NCBI GenBank assembly: GCA_010909165.1
Contig: VJWM01000108.1
Coordinates: 868,001-932,000, forward strand
Source of the DNA: Anthoceros angustus
Lineage: Eukaryota; Plantae; Anthocerotophyta
Reading direction: 5' to 3'
Length of the DNA: 64,000 bases
The first letter of the stretch is position 1; each line of letters begins with the position of its first letter. Made by a program: the position numbers and the translations under genes. Under the pieces are notes generated by a model. The model saw nothing but the letters and a program-made list of their open reading frames with translations. It was not told where the DNA came from and did not search any database. Of this stretch, positions 41,001 through 53,439 are shown one piece after another.

Positions 41001-43748
41001 ACAATTGCAAGCTTTCTTCACTCGCCACACAAAATCCACCAAGAGAGCAACTTCAGCCCTTTTCCACTTACTTCCTCTTCACTCCACAGTCCCACCTAGC
41101 TCAAACTTGATGTCCTCACAGCATACAGCTCCTTATGCGCCCAAATCCCTCACTTGCAAGGTCCTAGGCACAAAAATTCAGCGCCGCTGCCCTCTTCACA
41201 GTTGTGCTTCAAATCCCTTCACACACAACTCCTTATGCACGCACACCTCCTTCTCCTTGCACACACACGGCTGCTCCCACCAAGTCCTTGCTCTAGCTTT
41301 CCTGCATGCACAAGCTCTTCCTGCAATTCCTCAGCTTCCTAGGTGCCACTCCCTACACACCGCTTGCATGGCCCTTTGGTAGTGACAAAAACTCTTGATA
41401 TAGGCCGTTGATTCCTTGCCATGTGGCACTATTTCCACCGCCTCGATTTAGTAGCCTACTTGTTATAAACACCCTACATACTACCCACATACTACTTGCA
41501 CCCTACACCTCCTACGGATGTAGGGCCACCCACATACTACCTACCGCCTCCACCGCCTCGATTTAGTAGCCCTACTTGTTATAAACACCCTACACTACCC
41601 TACATATTTATGGATTATTATTCCTAATATACCCTATTTATCCTCAACCTTGCATATACAGCCCTTTTTAACAACTTCCTAGGTTGAAACCTGCCTAATA
41701 CGATTTAGTAGCCCTACTTGTTATAAACACCCTACACTACCTGCCTTACATATTTATGGATTATTATTCCTAATATACCCTATTTATCCTCAACCTTGCA
41801 TATACAGCCCTTTTTAACAACTTCCTAGGTTGAAACCTGCCTAATACGAAAAGCTTGCTTCCCAAGTATCCAAGTAGGGTGTCGCGCCCCACTTCTGCTG
41901 CCCACGTAGGGAGACCTCACCACTCCCTACGGTAGGGAGACACTCTCATGACACTCTCATCCTACCTACCTACCTACCTATCCAAGTAGGTGTCACCCCA
42001 CGTCCACTATGTAGGGTCACCTTGTCACCCTACGTCCACTATGTAGGGTCACCTTTGTCACCCCACCCTACACTCCTTATGCACGCACACCTCCTACCAT
42101 GGCCTCCTCTTGCAACCCTTGCCACACATCCCGTGGGGACCCATGACCTATCTACATACTACTTGCACCCTACATACTACCCCTCGTCTACCCACATACA
42201 TGGGGACCCATGACCTATCTATGTAGGGTCACCTTGTCACCTCACCACTCCCTACGGTAGGGAGACACCTCCTTCTCCTTGCACCCTACACCTACACCTC
42301 CCTACGGTGGGGTGCACCTCCCTACGGTGGGGTGCCATGCCCTACGTCCACTACCACCCTACACCTACACCTCCTACGGACGTAGGGTGCACCACCAAAC
42401 ACTCTCCCAATTAGCTCTCATGCTCTCATGACTTCTGCAAATATAATAAGTTGAAACACCTCACACAAAAGGCCCCATCCCGGTACTGATCCACCCTAGG
42501 ACGCTTAACTCTGGAGTTCTTACATTCCATTGTCCAACACACCCAATTGGCTTGTGCATAACACTCATCAAGAATAAAATGAACTTATCCCTCGGTGAAC
42601 TTCTCACGCCTCCACAACATCTCGTACCAACCCTCCTTGCTATCCATGTCTCCTCGCGGCCATCACACGGCCTCCCTTCACTTTGACTTGCAGCCCCACT
42701 GCAAATTCCGCCGTCATGATGCACGACCCGTTGTGATCCCTTCACCATGTTGCAGCCCACCTGCAACACTGCCTTCCTATGGTTTGGCCACACCTCCATC
42801 TTGCAGCCCCACCGCAAATTCAGCCCGCCGTGAGTGCCCTACCATGGCCTCCTCTGCAACCCTTGTGGCTGCTCACCGAACATGAGCTCGCCCCATCCTT
42901 GCACCGATTGTCGCCTCCTCTCGCATGCCGAGCTCCCAACCTAGAGCCCCGCAGCAGATCCTGACAATTCCACCATTACGCACTTGGCCCATCTTCCCGC
43001 AGCAACCCTTGCCACACATCTCTACCTAGCAGTCCTCCCATCGCAAAATCTCAGCAATATGAGCACCGCCCATGTCTCACTTCTTCCACACATGTGGCAA
43101 ATTACTTTGCCTTCCTCAAACTTGGTGGTGGCCCCCAATAATCGGCCTTTGCCTCTGCAAGCCTATCAACAGCTTGTGCAGCAACCTCAAGCTACTTCCT
43201 TGGCTTAATTGCCTTCACCCTTTTCCCACCGTGGTAGGAGCTACTCCCACGCCGGTGAGGGTCATCAAAACGCTAGCTAGGCCACCCACGGTGGTGGGAC
43301 ATTCTCCCACCCATACCCACGGGGTAGGAGTTCTCTCACTTAGCCTACCGTGGTAGGAGCTACTCCCACGGTGGTAGGTCATCAAAACGCTAGCTAGGCC
43401 GGGCCACCCACGGGGACATTCTCCTACCCATACCTATGGGGTAGGAGTTCTCCACTTAGCCTACCGTGGTAGGAGTTTCTCCTACGGTGGTAGGATACGT
43501 CCTACCACGGTAGGACATCTCCTACCGTTCACATATGTCTCCTACCCTCCTCACTAGAAGGTCATTTCGATCCGTTTCTTTTCCCCTAAGTATCCTCTCT
43601 GCCTTCTTGATAGCATCCTACAGCTCCAGCTTCAATCGGAACAAAAACATTTCTCGCATGTTTCCACCAAACCATTTCTATCAAAAGAATTTGGACCTGT
43701 TCAAAAACAACTCACTTAAACCAGTTGCCCAAACTTTTGCGTTCCACA
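38100..43748 (-). mobile_element. Solo LTR (~5.65 kb), related to the adjacent Athila-like element
   Basis: TG...CA termini flanked by a 5-bp TSD, ATAGG (38095-38099 and 43749-43753); array sequence continues seamlessly across it. Its first 26 nt (read from 43748 on the minus strand: tgtggaacgcaaaagtttgggcaac) match the LTR start at 43931. 38100-39570 is homologous to 49510-50618. TATA-like cctataaaagg at ~39392-39402. No gag or pol. Confidence 0.85.
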
Positions 43749-43930
43749 ATAGGGAAACCTGTTGCAATCCATCTATGATAGGTGTTGGCTGGCTGATGCA
43801 AGCGTGGCCATGGCGCCTTGCAAATCGACCACGAGAGCACCTATATTGCAGGAGGCACCATGGCCTCCTCTGCAAATATAATAAGTTGAAACACCCCACA
43901 TTGCAAATATGCCTCCTCCACCCACCTTGC
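43749..43930. repeat. Remnant of the interrupted array unit between the two LTR insertions
   Basis: 43749-43849 and 43911-43930 match the array unit. About 60 bp in between are replaced by pieces matching the solo LTR (e.g. ~42433-42460). Confidence 0.85.
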
Positions 43931-46900
43931 TGTGGAACGCAAAAGTTTGGGCAACCAGCCCAAAAGAGCCCGAAGACAAACAAGTTTGATTTTTTTTGGC
44001 TAGGAACGATTGAAGAGGAGCATGCCAAGAAATTTTCTGAGAATCTTGAAGCTGGAGTTGTAGGATATTGTTAGGAAGATGAAGAGGATATCCCAGAAGA
44101 AGAACGGGTCGAAACGACCCCGACGAGGCGTGAGGGCAACCAAAGGTTGGTAGGTCGGCATCACCGTAGGTCGCCACACCACGCCGGTAGGTCGAGAAGG
44201 GAAGCATCATCATGGTCGGCATCACCGTGGTAGGTCGAAATCTCGCTAAAAGGAAATTTAGAATAGAGGGGATATCCACTATATATGCTCACCAATAGGG
44301 AATAAATATATAGAGTAATTAGAAGCGTTAATTAGGATAACGAAAGATAGGAAAATAGGTAGTTTAGATAGAATTAGGATTTTGGAATGATGAATCCAAT
44401 CTAGGGTTGTGCACCGCCAGTGGCGGACATCCAAAGGAGGCAAAGTGCAGTTTTCGGACCGCGCTTCCTCCACTTCGCAAGAGCTAGAACGAGAGCTGGA
44501 GTTGGAGCGTAAGACGCAGAAGGAAGGAAGGCTACCATCGCCACGGAGCTGCCATCGCCGCGAGCAAGCTGGGAGCGAGGCGGAGCGCGCCCATCGAGAA
44601 AGGAGACCGGTGGAAGGAAGAAAGCGCGAGTACCGCAAGCAAGGAAGGAAGAAAGCGCGGAGTACCGCAAGCAAGGAAGGGAGCTCACCACGCGCCCCGA
44701 ACCACTGGAAGAGGAAGTGTGAAGCGAGAGCCCAGAAGGCGGAGCACTTGGAGAGCCGTGAAAATTGAGAGCGGAAGAGCGAGAATTGGTGACTCACCCA
44801 GCAAGACGGAGACCGGTGGAAGGAAGAAAGCGCGAGTACCGCAAGCAAGGAAGGGAGCTCACCACGCCGCCCAACCACGGAAGAGGAAGTGTGAAGCGAC
44901 CAAGAAGGCGGAGCACTTGGAGGCGTGGCGGTAAAATTGAGAGCGGAAGAGCCAGAATTGGTGATGCCTCAAGGAAGGGCCACGGAGAGAAGGAAAGCGC
45001 GAGCCAAGAAATTCTGCCGTGGCTAACGTGCAGAGAGGGTTACCGCAACAAGGAAGAGGTGCGAAGTGTGAAATTTTGAAGCTCTCAAATTGAGAGTAAT
45101 TTCCTTCCTTGAGCGCTTGAAAGGAACGCCACCATGCCTCGAGGGAAAGGCAAGGGAAGGAGCCGCCAGTAAAGGCTCTTCCTCGCGAGGAGGAAAGGAA
45201 AGAAGGTGGAGCTGCGCCGAGGGGTGATGCCTCAATTCACTTGCTTTGCGGGCAGCTCAACCCCGAGATTTGGTTGATTTTCGGCAAGGCGGAGGAGAAC
45301 ATCCAACTAGGATGGGTGTATGGCCGCCAATGGGCCTACACCAATTTGGAATTGATTGAGGAGTGTTACATCAACCTCCATCAATCGGAAGCGCCTGCCG
45401 CACTACCGGTGGGAGAGGAATGCTAGAACGGATCCGCTGGACCGGAGAAGTATTCGACAGTGTATGGAAGACCGGAGGAGGAGAGCTCGAATTGCTCTCT
45501 CGAAAGGTCGAATGGAGGAAGAGGACAGCCTCTCCGACATCCCGCAGAGTTCTCGACATCCCGCAGGAGTTCCTTGACATGATGGATGGAGGGAGGCCCA
45601 CGCCAAGAATGGCCGGAAGACCGAGAGCATCAAGGAGTCAAGTGGAGGCTCTTCGCAAAGATTGTGCTGGGGTTGGTAAATTACCAACGCACTTTATTTC
45701 AAAGACCAACTTCCTCCAATTTTGTGGAAGATTTCCATGGGAGCCAAGCCGGATTGGGGACTATCATGTATGAGGCCTACATCCACCATCGAGAAGCTCC
45801 TCAAGCCAAATTGTGGATGAGGAAGGGCCAAGGCCTGCTACCTTAGCACCTATTTGGTGCATTTATGGGAAACCGAGGGACTCTCACAAGCAAGGAGCTT
45901 GAAGATGCATGGCATCCCTTTGAGGTCATCCACCTCCACCGAGGTTGGAAAGGCCTTTGCCTTTGCATTGCGAAGACGGTGGGAGGTCGACCTCCACAAG
46001 CATGCTAGAAGCAAGAGGAGAAGATGCGAGGCAACAAGGTTGCCGAGTGGGAATCTTTCCCACAGGAGCAAGCAAGGGAGAGGAGCAAGAAGCCGAGGAA
46101 GGCCGAATGGTGGTCTATGAGAGAAGGACCACAGGAGGGGTGATGCGAGAGTGGGGAGTCCCCACCATCTCCTTTGTGCCTACGAGAGGCACCCCACGCC
46201 AGCAAGCAAGGAGGGAGGCCCACCCAAGGGGTGGGCATCACTCGGCCCACCATGGTAGGTAGGCGACTACCACAGGGGAGCACCACAGAGGTGCACCCCA
46301 CGCCAAGAATGGTGGAAGACCGGAGGAGGAAGGGAAGGGAAGGAGCCGCGAGCGGCGCCGAGGCCACCATCTCCGCTACTGGGTGGGAGAGCGGATGGAG
46401 CGACAGTGAAGGACCAAGGCCACGATGGCCCGGTGTGTGAGAGCTGGAAATTTCCAAAGAAGAAGAGAGGGGTGGAATTAGGACCCCTAGGAGAATTGCC
46501 GAGCTTGTGAAGCACTCACCGTGGATTTGAAGGGGCTAGGGACCTAGCAGCCTCCTTGTGGGCATGCCAAGAGGAAGTGAAATCTCAAGACATGGCCGGA
46601 AGAAAGGCAGGACTAAGTGGCAATTGGAGCCATGGAGTCGATGAAAAGGCAGCCAAATTGGAAAAGGTCAGGAGAAGCTCCACGACCTCAGAACAGCGCG
46701 GAGAAGGTGGAAGGGAAGAGGACAGCCTCTCCGACATCCCGCAGAGTTCCTTGACATGATGGATGGAGGAGTGAAAGCCCACGCCAAGAATGGTGGAAGA
46801 CCGAGAGCATCAAGGAGTCAAGTGGAGGCTCTTCGCAAAGATTGTGCTGGGGTTGGTAAATTACCAACGCACTTCTTATTTCAACTTCCTCCAATTTTGT

Positions 46901-49900
46901 GGAAGATTTCCATGGGAGCCAAGCCGGATTGGGGACTATCATGTATGAGGCCTACATCCACCACCGAGAAGCTCCTCAAGCCAAATTCGTGGATGAGGAA
47001 GGCCAAGGCCTGCTACCTTAGCACCTATTTGGTGCATTTATGGGAAACCGAGGGACTCCTCACAAGCAAGGAGCTTGAAGATGCATGGCATCCCTTTGAG
47101 GTCATCCACCTCCGAGGTTGGAAAGGCCTTTGCCTTTGCATTGCAAGACGGTGGGAGGTCGACCTCCACAAGCATGCTAGAAGCAAGAGGAGAAGATGCG
47201 AGGCAACAAGGTTGCCGAGTGGGAATCTCTTCCCCACAGCAAGCAAGGGAGAGGAGCAAGAAGCCGAGGAAGGCCGAATGGTGGTCTATGAGAGAAGGAC
47301 CACAGGAGGGGTGATGCCCGAGAGTGGGGAGTCCCCACCATCTCCTTTGTGCCTACGAGAGGCACCCGGCAGACTACCGGTAGGGAGGCGGTCTACCCAA
47401 GGGGTGGGCACTACCGTGGTAGGCGTCACCTACCATGGTAGGTAGGCACTACCAGGGGAGCACCCTCACGCGGTGGCGGGCACCCCACGCCAGCAAGCAA
47501 GGAGAAGCTCCTCAAGCCAAATTGTGGATGAGGAAGGGAAGGAGCCGCAACAAGTGCAGCCGAGGCCACCATCTCCGCTGGGTGGGAGGCGGATGGAGCG
47601 ACAGTGAAGGACCCGAGGAAGGCCGATGGCCCGAAGTGCGAGAGCTGGAAATTTCCAGCAAGAAGAGAGGGGTGGAATTAGGACCCCTAGGAGAATTGCT
47701 GAGCTTGTGAAGCACTCACCGCGTGGATTTGAAGGGGCTAGGGACCTAGCAGCCTCCTTGTGGGCATGCCAAGAGGAAGTGAAATCTCAAGACATGGCGG
47801 AAGAAAGGCAGGACTAAGTGGCAATTGGAGGCCATGGAGTCCGATGGCAGCCAAATTGGAAAAGGTCAGGAGAAGCTCCAACGACCTCATAGAACAGACG
47901 GAGAAGGTCTGAGGGAAGTTGTCAAGTCAAGAAAGAGCCATTCGGCAACAACCCAAAAGGATTCTTGGAGGCAAAAGGAAGAGCATTTTGCCCAATTAGA
48001 GCAAGAAAGGAAAAGCAAGAGGCACTAGGAAAGGAGAAGCGTGCAACTCAAAAGTGGCCGCATGAGCAGTGATGGCTACTCAAGCCATCAAAATCCGGAT
48101 ATGGGAGAGGAGTTGAGAAGGACCCGACAATTTGGAAGAGGAGCGCGAGCGAGAAGCAAGAGGAGGAGCGAGAAAGGATGCTTGGCAAGCGAGAAAGAGG
48201 GGCTTGCCCAAGAATTAGGACTGGAACAAAGGAGGTCTCAGGAGGAGGAGCGCCACAAGAAGGTGGTGCATGAATGCCGGTAGTGAGGAAGCGATTTTGG
48301 CATTATGCCCTTCGTGCAAAATTGGCCAACCAAAGGAAGTGAGGGAGGAGAATGTAACCTCCATGTGAAGGTGGGAGAATTAACCACCGCAAGAGATGCC
48401 TACAAGGTAGGTGCGAGGATGGAGAGTGGCCCACGGAGATTGATGATCTCCAAATGCAGTATCACAATTTGGGGGCTCACCTCCACAACAGATCTTGAAG
48501 GCCAACAACGAAGTCTTACGGTTGGCCAAAGGAGGACATTGGGTCCTCATGATGATGAAGGAGCCGCAACAAGTGCAGCCGAGGCCTCCGATTTTGATGA
48601 GGCCATCAAATGGACTCCGAGGAACTGAGGAGTCGAGGTGAAGGAGCCACCGCGACAGGATCGGGAGACGGCGCGAGAGCAAGGAGGGACAGCCCACCTC
48701 CGGGGTCACCTACCACGATGGTAGTCACCTACCACGGTAGTCCGCCAGACTACCGTGGGGACAACCACCACGCCGTAGTCCGCCAGACTACCGGAGGGGC
48801 AGTGCGCACGGAGCTGTTGGGGAGTTGGGACGAAGCCCAATCAAGATGGAAAGGCCGGGGTGCAGATATACCTAAGGAGGAGCGGGTGGTGGGAGAGACA
48901 ACCCCACCGGAGGAAACTAAGGACGGTCCGACCCGGAGGAGGAAGGGGTGAGGAATCCCTTATCCCACGAGTAAGGGAGGAACCGGACCCGAGGAGGAGT
49001 CCAACGCAAAAGGGCCCGAGAGATTAGGCAAAATCCGCATGGTGGGCGATGGGGATGAAGGGTGCTCTATGATAGGTATGGACAAACCAAAAAGGCAAGA
49101 GCAATGAAGATCCCGACCCAAGAAACCCTCACCGATGAGAAAGGGAAAGAAGGAAGTAAGGAGCTAGGGGCCGACTACCACGATGGTAGTCACCTACCCT
49201 AGTCCGCCGACTACCGCGTAGGGTGCGAATAAATGATCGCGACGAGGCGACGGAGATGGAGGAAGGCGCCTAGGTGCGCGGAAGCGCGATTGCCGGAGGC
49301 CGAGGAATCCAGACGCCGCCTGGAGATGGAGGAAGGGCAAGATTGTACTTGCCCCACACATTAGGAAGGAGCCACAAGATCGGGAAGGGCAAGAGCAAAA
49401 GGAGGGCGAGGGAGCCAATCCACCACGGACACGTCCCTACCCCAAAGTAGGTGAAGACTAGATATGGTCAAGGGACCATAAATGCTAGGTAGAAGAATAG
49501 GAAGGATAGGTGATGTAATCGACATCCTTCGAGGATAGACTTAGGTGAAGTTGCTAGAATAGAATTTACCAAGAAATAATAGATTTAGGTGCCGGACATT
49601 AAATGTCGGTAGGAAATAATAGAATTGGAAAAGGTGACCGCAGAGGGTCACCCAAGGGAGGTTGTATGTGGAAGGCCTCCTATAAGAGGAGGAGGATTTC
49701 ACAAAGTAAAGTATCATGTCTTGCGCTTCCACGCCACCGAGTCCTTTGCCATTACAGAGGAATTTCGTGCCGTGAGCCAACAGTCTGTAGAGAGGAAGTC
49801 GCGTGGTCGAGTGCTTGGTGGAGGACTTGCTGCAAGTGCCTAAACGAGTTGCTCCCTTGTGAATGGTTGCCGTGAAATTGCTTTGCTTTGGGTGTGTGGC

Positions 49901-50618
49901 AAATGCCTGAGAACTCGGCTTGAGGGTAGACTACAGGAAAGACTGGAGGTTCTCGCCGTGTCAAACTCATAGCAACCGCCCAAGGAAGAACTTGCTGGTG
50001 GAGGCGACCCCAGCCAGCCGTAAGGGCGAGTCGAAACCAAGAAGCCCGAATCGAGGTTAGACTAGGAGGAAGAGGATGAGGAGATGAGAAGATGAGTAGA
50101 GGATTAGAGGTGTAGGTGTTAGTGGAAGGCCACAGCAGAGCCTAAGGGACGAATCCCAACTGCAAGTAAACGAGCCCCGAGTGGAGAAGAGTGGTCTTAG
50201 AAGTAGGGACGAAATCGGTGTGAACTGGGGTCCGGCGCCCGTGGTAGGCTCTTGCCGAGGACCGCAATTGTGTTGTGTCGTTGTAGGTCAAGTTTGGTCT
50301 TAGAAGTAGGGACGAAATCGTGTGAACTGGGGTCCCCGGCGCCCGTGGTAGGCCTTGTCACGAGGTGACCCGCAATTGTTTTGTGTCGCTGTGGGTCGAG
50401 GTTGGCGATTTTTCAAGCAAAAGGCAAGTGGTGCACAAAGAGGGAGAGTAGGGCGCCTTGCTTGTTGAGAAGGTCGAGAGTTGTGTGTAGCGATTGGTGA
50501 CCACAAGGCCTCGAACTTTCACACAAGTCTCATGGGACGAAACCCAACGACGGCGACAAAGGGGGATAAGTGTGGCCGCTATAGTGGGAGGACGGGAGTG
50601 CCCGATTCTCCTACCACA
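43931..50618 (+). repeat. 5' LTR (~6.7 kb)
   Basis: Starts TGTGG immediately after array sequence and ends CCACA immediately before the PBS. It matches 61238-64000 over that whole length. TATA-like cctataag at 49679-49686. Confidence 0.8.
45134..48640 (+). pseudogene. Coding-like region inside the LTR (frameshifted as written; includes a ~1.19-kb internal duplication)
   Basis: ATG in gccaccATG context. Fragments read QLGWVYGRQWAYTNLELIEECYINL, KDCAGVGKLPTHFISKTNFLQFCGRFPWEPSRIGDYH, KACYLSTYLVHLWE, then a charged coiled-coil-like stretch. The pattern is reminiscent of Athila-type extra ORFs (GW...Y..L..EFY.NL). The end is approximate. Confidence 0.55.
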
Positions 50619-50622
50619 TTTT

Positions 50623-50636
50623 TGGCGCTGTCGGGA
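50623..50636 (+). other. Primer binding site, tRNA-Asp-like
   Basis: tggcgctgtcggga follows ...ctaccaca+tttt. It resembles the Athila PBS TGGCGCCGTTGCCGGGGA with mismatches or indels. Confidence 0.65.
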
Positions 50637-50817
50637 TTGTTGTTGAAAGGTTGAAGTTTTGTGGTTTCCATCGCTAGGGTGTAGCATGCTTGAGAAGGGA
50701 CCGAGGGTCACCATGTGTTGTGAGGAAGAAGCCACGACCTTTAGTTGTCATCGGGTGAATGGTTGAGACACTAGAGGGGTGTGGTTTGCTTCCTTCTTAA
50801 CACTGTGGGTTGGAGGA

Positions 50818-52720
50818 CATGAGGATGGTTGCGTATGTGTGGTCGATCTAGGGGATACACGCGAAGGTCACCACCGCCACACCGCAAGAGATTTACGAGC
50901 CTTGAAGAAATCCGTGGAAGAGACCGCCACCGCCACTGAGGCAGCGGAGGAAGTAGAGCACGAGACGGAAGAAGTCGCCTTGACCTCAAGGCGACGAGGT
51001 GCGGAACGGCTGATCAAAAGTGGAGGAGGAAGAGGCGAGATCACCGACCGAGAGGAAGGAGGTCGAGAAGAGAAGCTGGTGACCAAAGTGAGGAAGGGCG
51101 CTCCTCCGAGCACGTTACCGCCCACCACCGCCGCGAACGCCCGCGACGCTTTGCTTCTCAAAGCGGTGACACCACCTCATCTCCGCCGAATCGACAGGAC
51201 GACGAGGTCGCCGAGCGGGAGTTTCGTGCTTGGTCGGAGGATTTGGCGGAACGACTGATCGAATCGCTGGTCGATTGATCTTTGGGACGAACTAGAGGGA
51301 GGTCGCTACTCCTCAAGGATCCCGACGGTTTCTGTTACCCGGCGAGAGGAGTGTTGGTCCAGCGTGGACACGACCGAGCAACATGAGTGGAGTTGGTGGA
51401 GGAGGAGGACCGCCAACTTCATAGTCGCCAAGAATACGCCAAAGAATACGCCAAATTCGAGAAGAAGAAGGGAGATGATAAGCGCTTGTAAGAACTTTGA
51501 GCATGTCTCCCACGCTAACTTGGAGGATGGAGTCGCCGATCGATCACGATCTTTCCGGATCTGAGAGGGCATGCACAAGGTATGGTCGCACCTATAATTC
51601 GGTCGCCGTGGGAAGCTCTCAAAGCAGCCTTCTGAAGGTTCGAGGGCTCGCATGCACACCACACTTTAGCAAAGTTGAGGACCCTTCGAGGAAGAAACGA
51701 GATCTTTGTTTGATTATGTGGAGAGGTTTTATGGATATCGGATCGAGTTCAAATGTGCACCCGAGAGGCCGAGGGATCCACCCACTGGTACTCACAAGAG
51801 CAAGCGCTGGATTGGTTTGTGAGTGGCTTGTCTCGAAAATGGAGGTACACGCAGCGGGACGAAGACGCTAAGGGCCTCCGCTTAGAGGAATGGGAGTCCG
51901 CCGAGTTAGGGAGGAGAAGAAGAAGAGGCGGTCATAAGAAGAGGAAAGGATCGAGAGATCTAGCTCGCCTTCCGCCACCTCCTCCAGCTCACCGCCCTCA
52001 TCGGGAGGATAGCGAACTCAAGAAAGCTCCACATCGGATGAGGAATCGAAAAGGCCTACGAACGGCGAATAAAGAAGGACCTGGAGAAGGTCAAGCGAAG
52101 GCAGGAAGAAGCGGAACGCGCACTGGAGAAGGAGAGGAAGGGAAGACGGTCCGTGGATGGAGGAGGAGAAACGTCTGCAGCAGTGGAGGAATTGCGGGAC
52201 AAGTGGAGGCTTTGACCAAAAGATTGACCGAGTTAGAGGTCAAAGTGAAGAATCAAGCTCCACGAAGATCTCCTCACGCAAGGCGCTTGGTGTATTGCTC
52301 AATTTGTCATCAAACGGGACACACCAACCGGAATGTATTCGGCACCACACGCGTAAACCATGTGGACACCGCCATGCCGGAGATTATTGGTATGTGGATG
52401 AAGCTTATCGTGCAAGCGGTCACCGAGTCGGCCACCTCAATCCATGAGGGCGACTTACCAACCGACTACACCGCCCCTCGAGGTATGGATCGCGACCGAC
52501 ATCGCCGGACCATGGAGACCGATCCATCGCAGAGGCCGATGGCAATTCCACAGGGTGTTGTTACAATGGAGCACCAGTGTCACTACTCAAATGAATGTCC
52601 GTAACCACGAAAACAAGTGGGCTATGTACCCTTTGTCAAGTATGCAAGGAATTGGGGACATAAAATGGGGATCCTGTGTGCTCGGGTGTGGCGCGAGTGG
52701 CACCAGCCGACGGAACCAGT
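50818..52720 (+). pseudogene. gag: gag (frameshifted as written) with CCHC zinc knuckle(s)
   Basis: QALDWFVSGL motif; CSICHQTGHTNR(EC) at 52296-52343; further Cys/His-knuckle-like remnants at ~52625-52710. Boundaries are approximate. Confidence 0.7.
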
Positions 52721-53439
52721 GGTAGAGGAGGCAAGGCCCAACTCAAACCGCGATCACGTGACCACGACACCGGTCAAGGTGGAGGCGAGTATGATTCTCG
52801 ACGGATCCGGTGTGACATCGTGGATCGTGGAAGAGGGGTATGAAGGAGAGATGAGTGCGGATGAAGGATTGATGGTGGCCAAGGTGACCACCGATCGCGG
52901 GGAGAAAGGCCGAGGTACGGAAAACGGCGATGAGGAAAGGAAGGAGAAGGTGAGGGACGACTCACCTGGCCTCCGAGACGCCAAGCGCGTGAGGAGAGGG
53001 GAGGCCCACCCCCAAAGTAGACTTGCCGCCTACCGGGGCGGCGGGGCCAAGGAGAGGGAGGAACGAACCACGTTTCCTCCCGACATCAGCCGAGAAGTAG
53101 CGGCGATGCTGGAAGATGAGCTAAACAGCTCACCCGATGGAAGACGAATGCGAGCCGAAATTATTGATCCGCCGGGTATTGGGTCCCAACCGATAGGAGG
53201 GATCATGGAATCGAAGCTTTACCAATAAGGTCGGAGTCGACCAGCCGTGGCTGCAAGCGGGAGGAAACTTGTCGATAAAATTCCGGCCACGACGCATTAC
53301 TTGACCGCGAATTTGTGGTCGGGCCTGAGATGCTTGCTGAGTCCGAGATCCCGCAAAATTGTGAAGGAGGCGATCAGGGAATCAAGTAGGAGGGAGAAAG
53401 CGCCGGAGGTAAATGTGGTCGAACTCATTGATTTTGGGG

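Noticed and set aside
40723-41382. 219-aa plus-strand ORF
   Set aside because: S/P/H/T-rich antisense shadow of the purine-rich LTR sense strand.
43723-43956. Apparent 234-bp MITE with 26-bp terminal inverted repeats
   Set aside because: The inverted repeats are the starts of two oppositely oriented LTRs.
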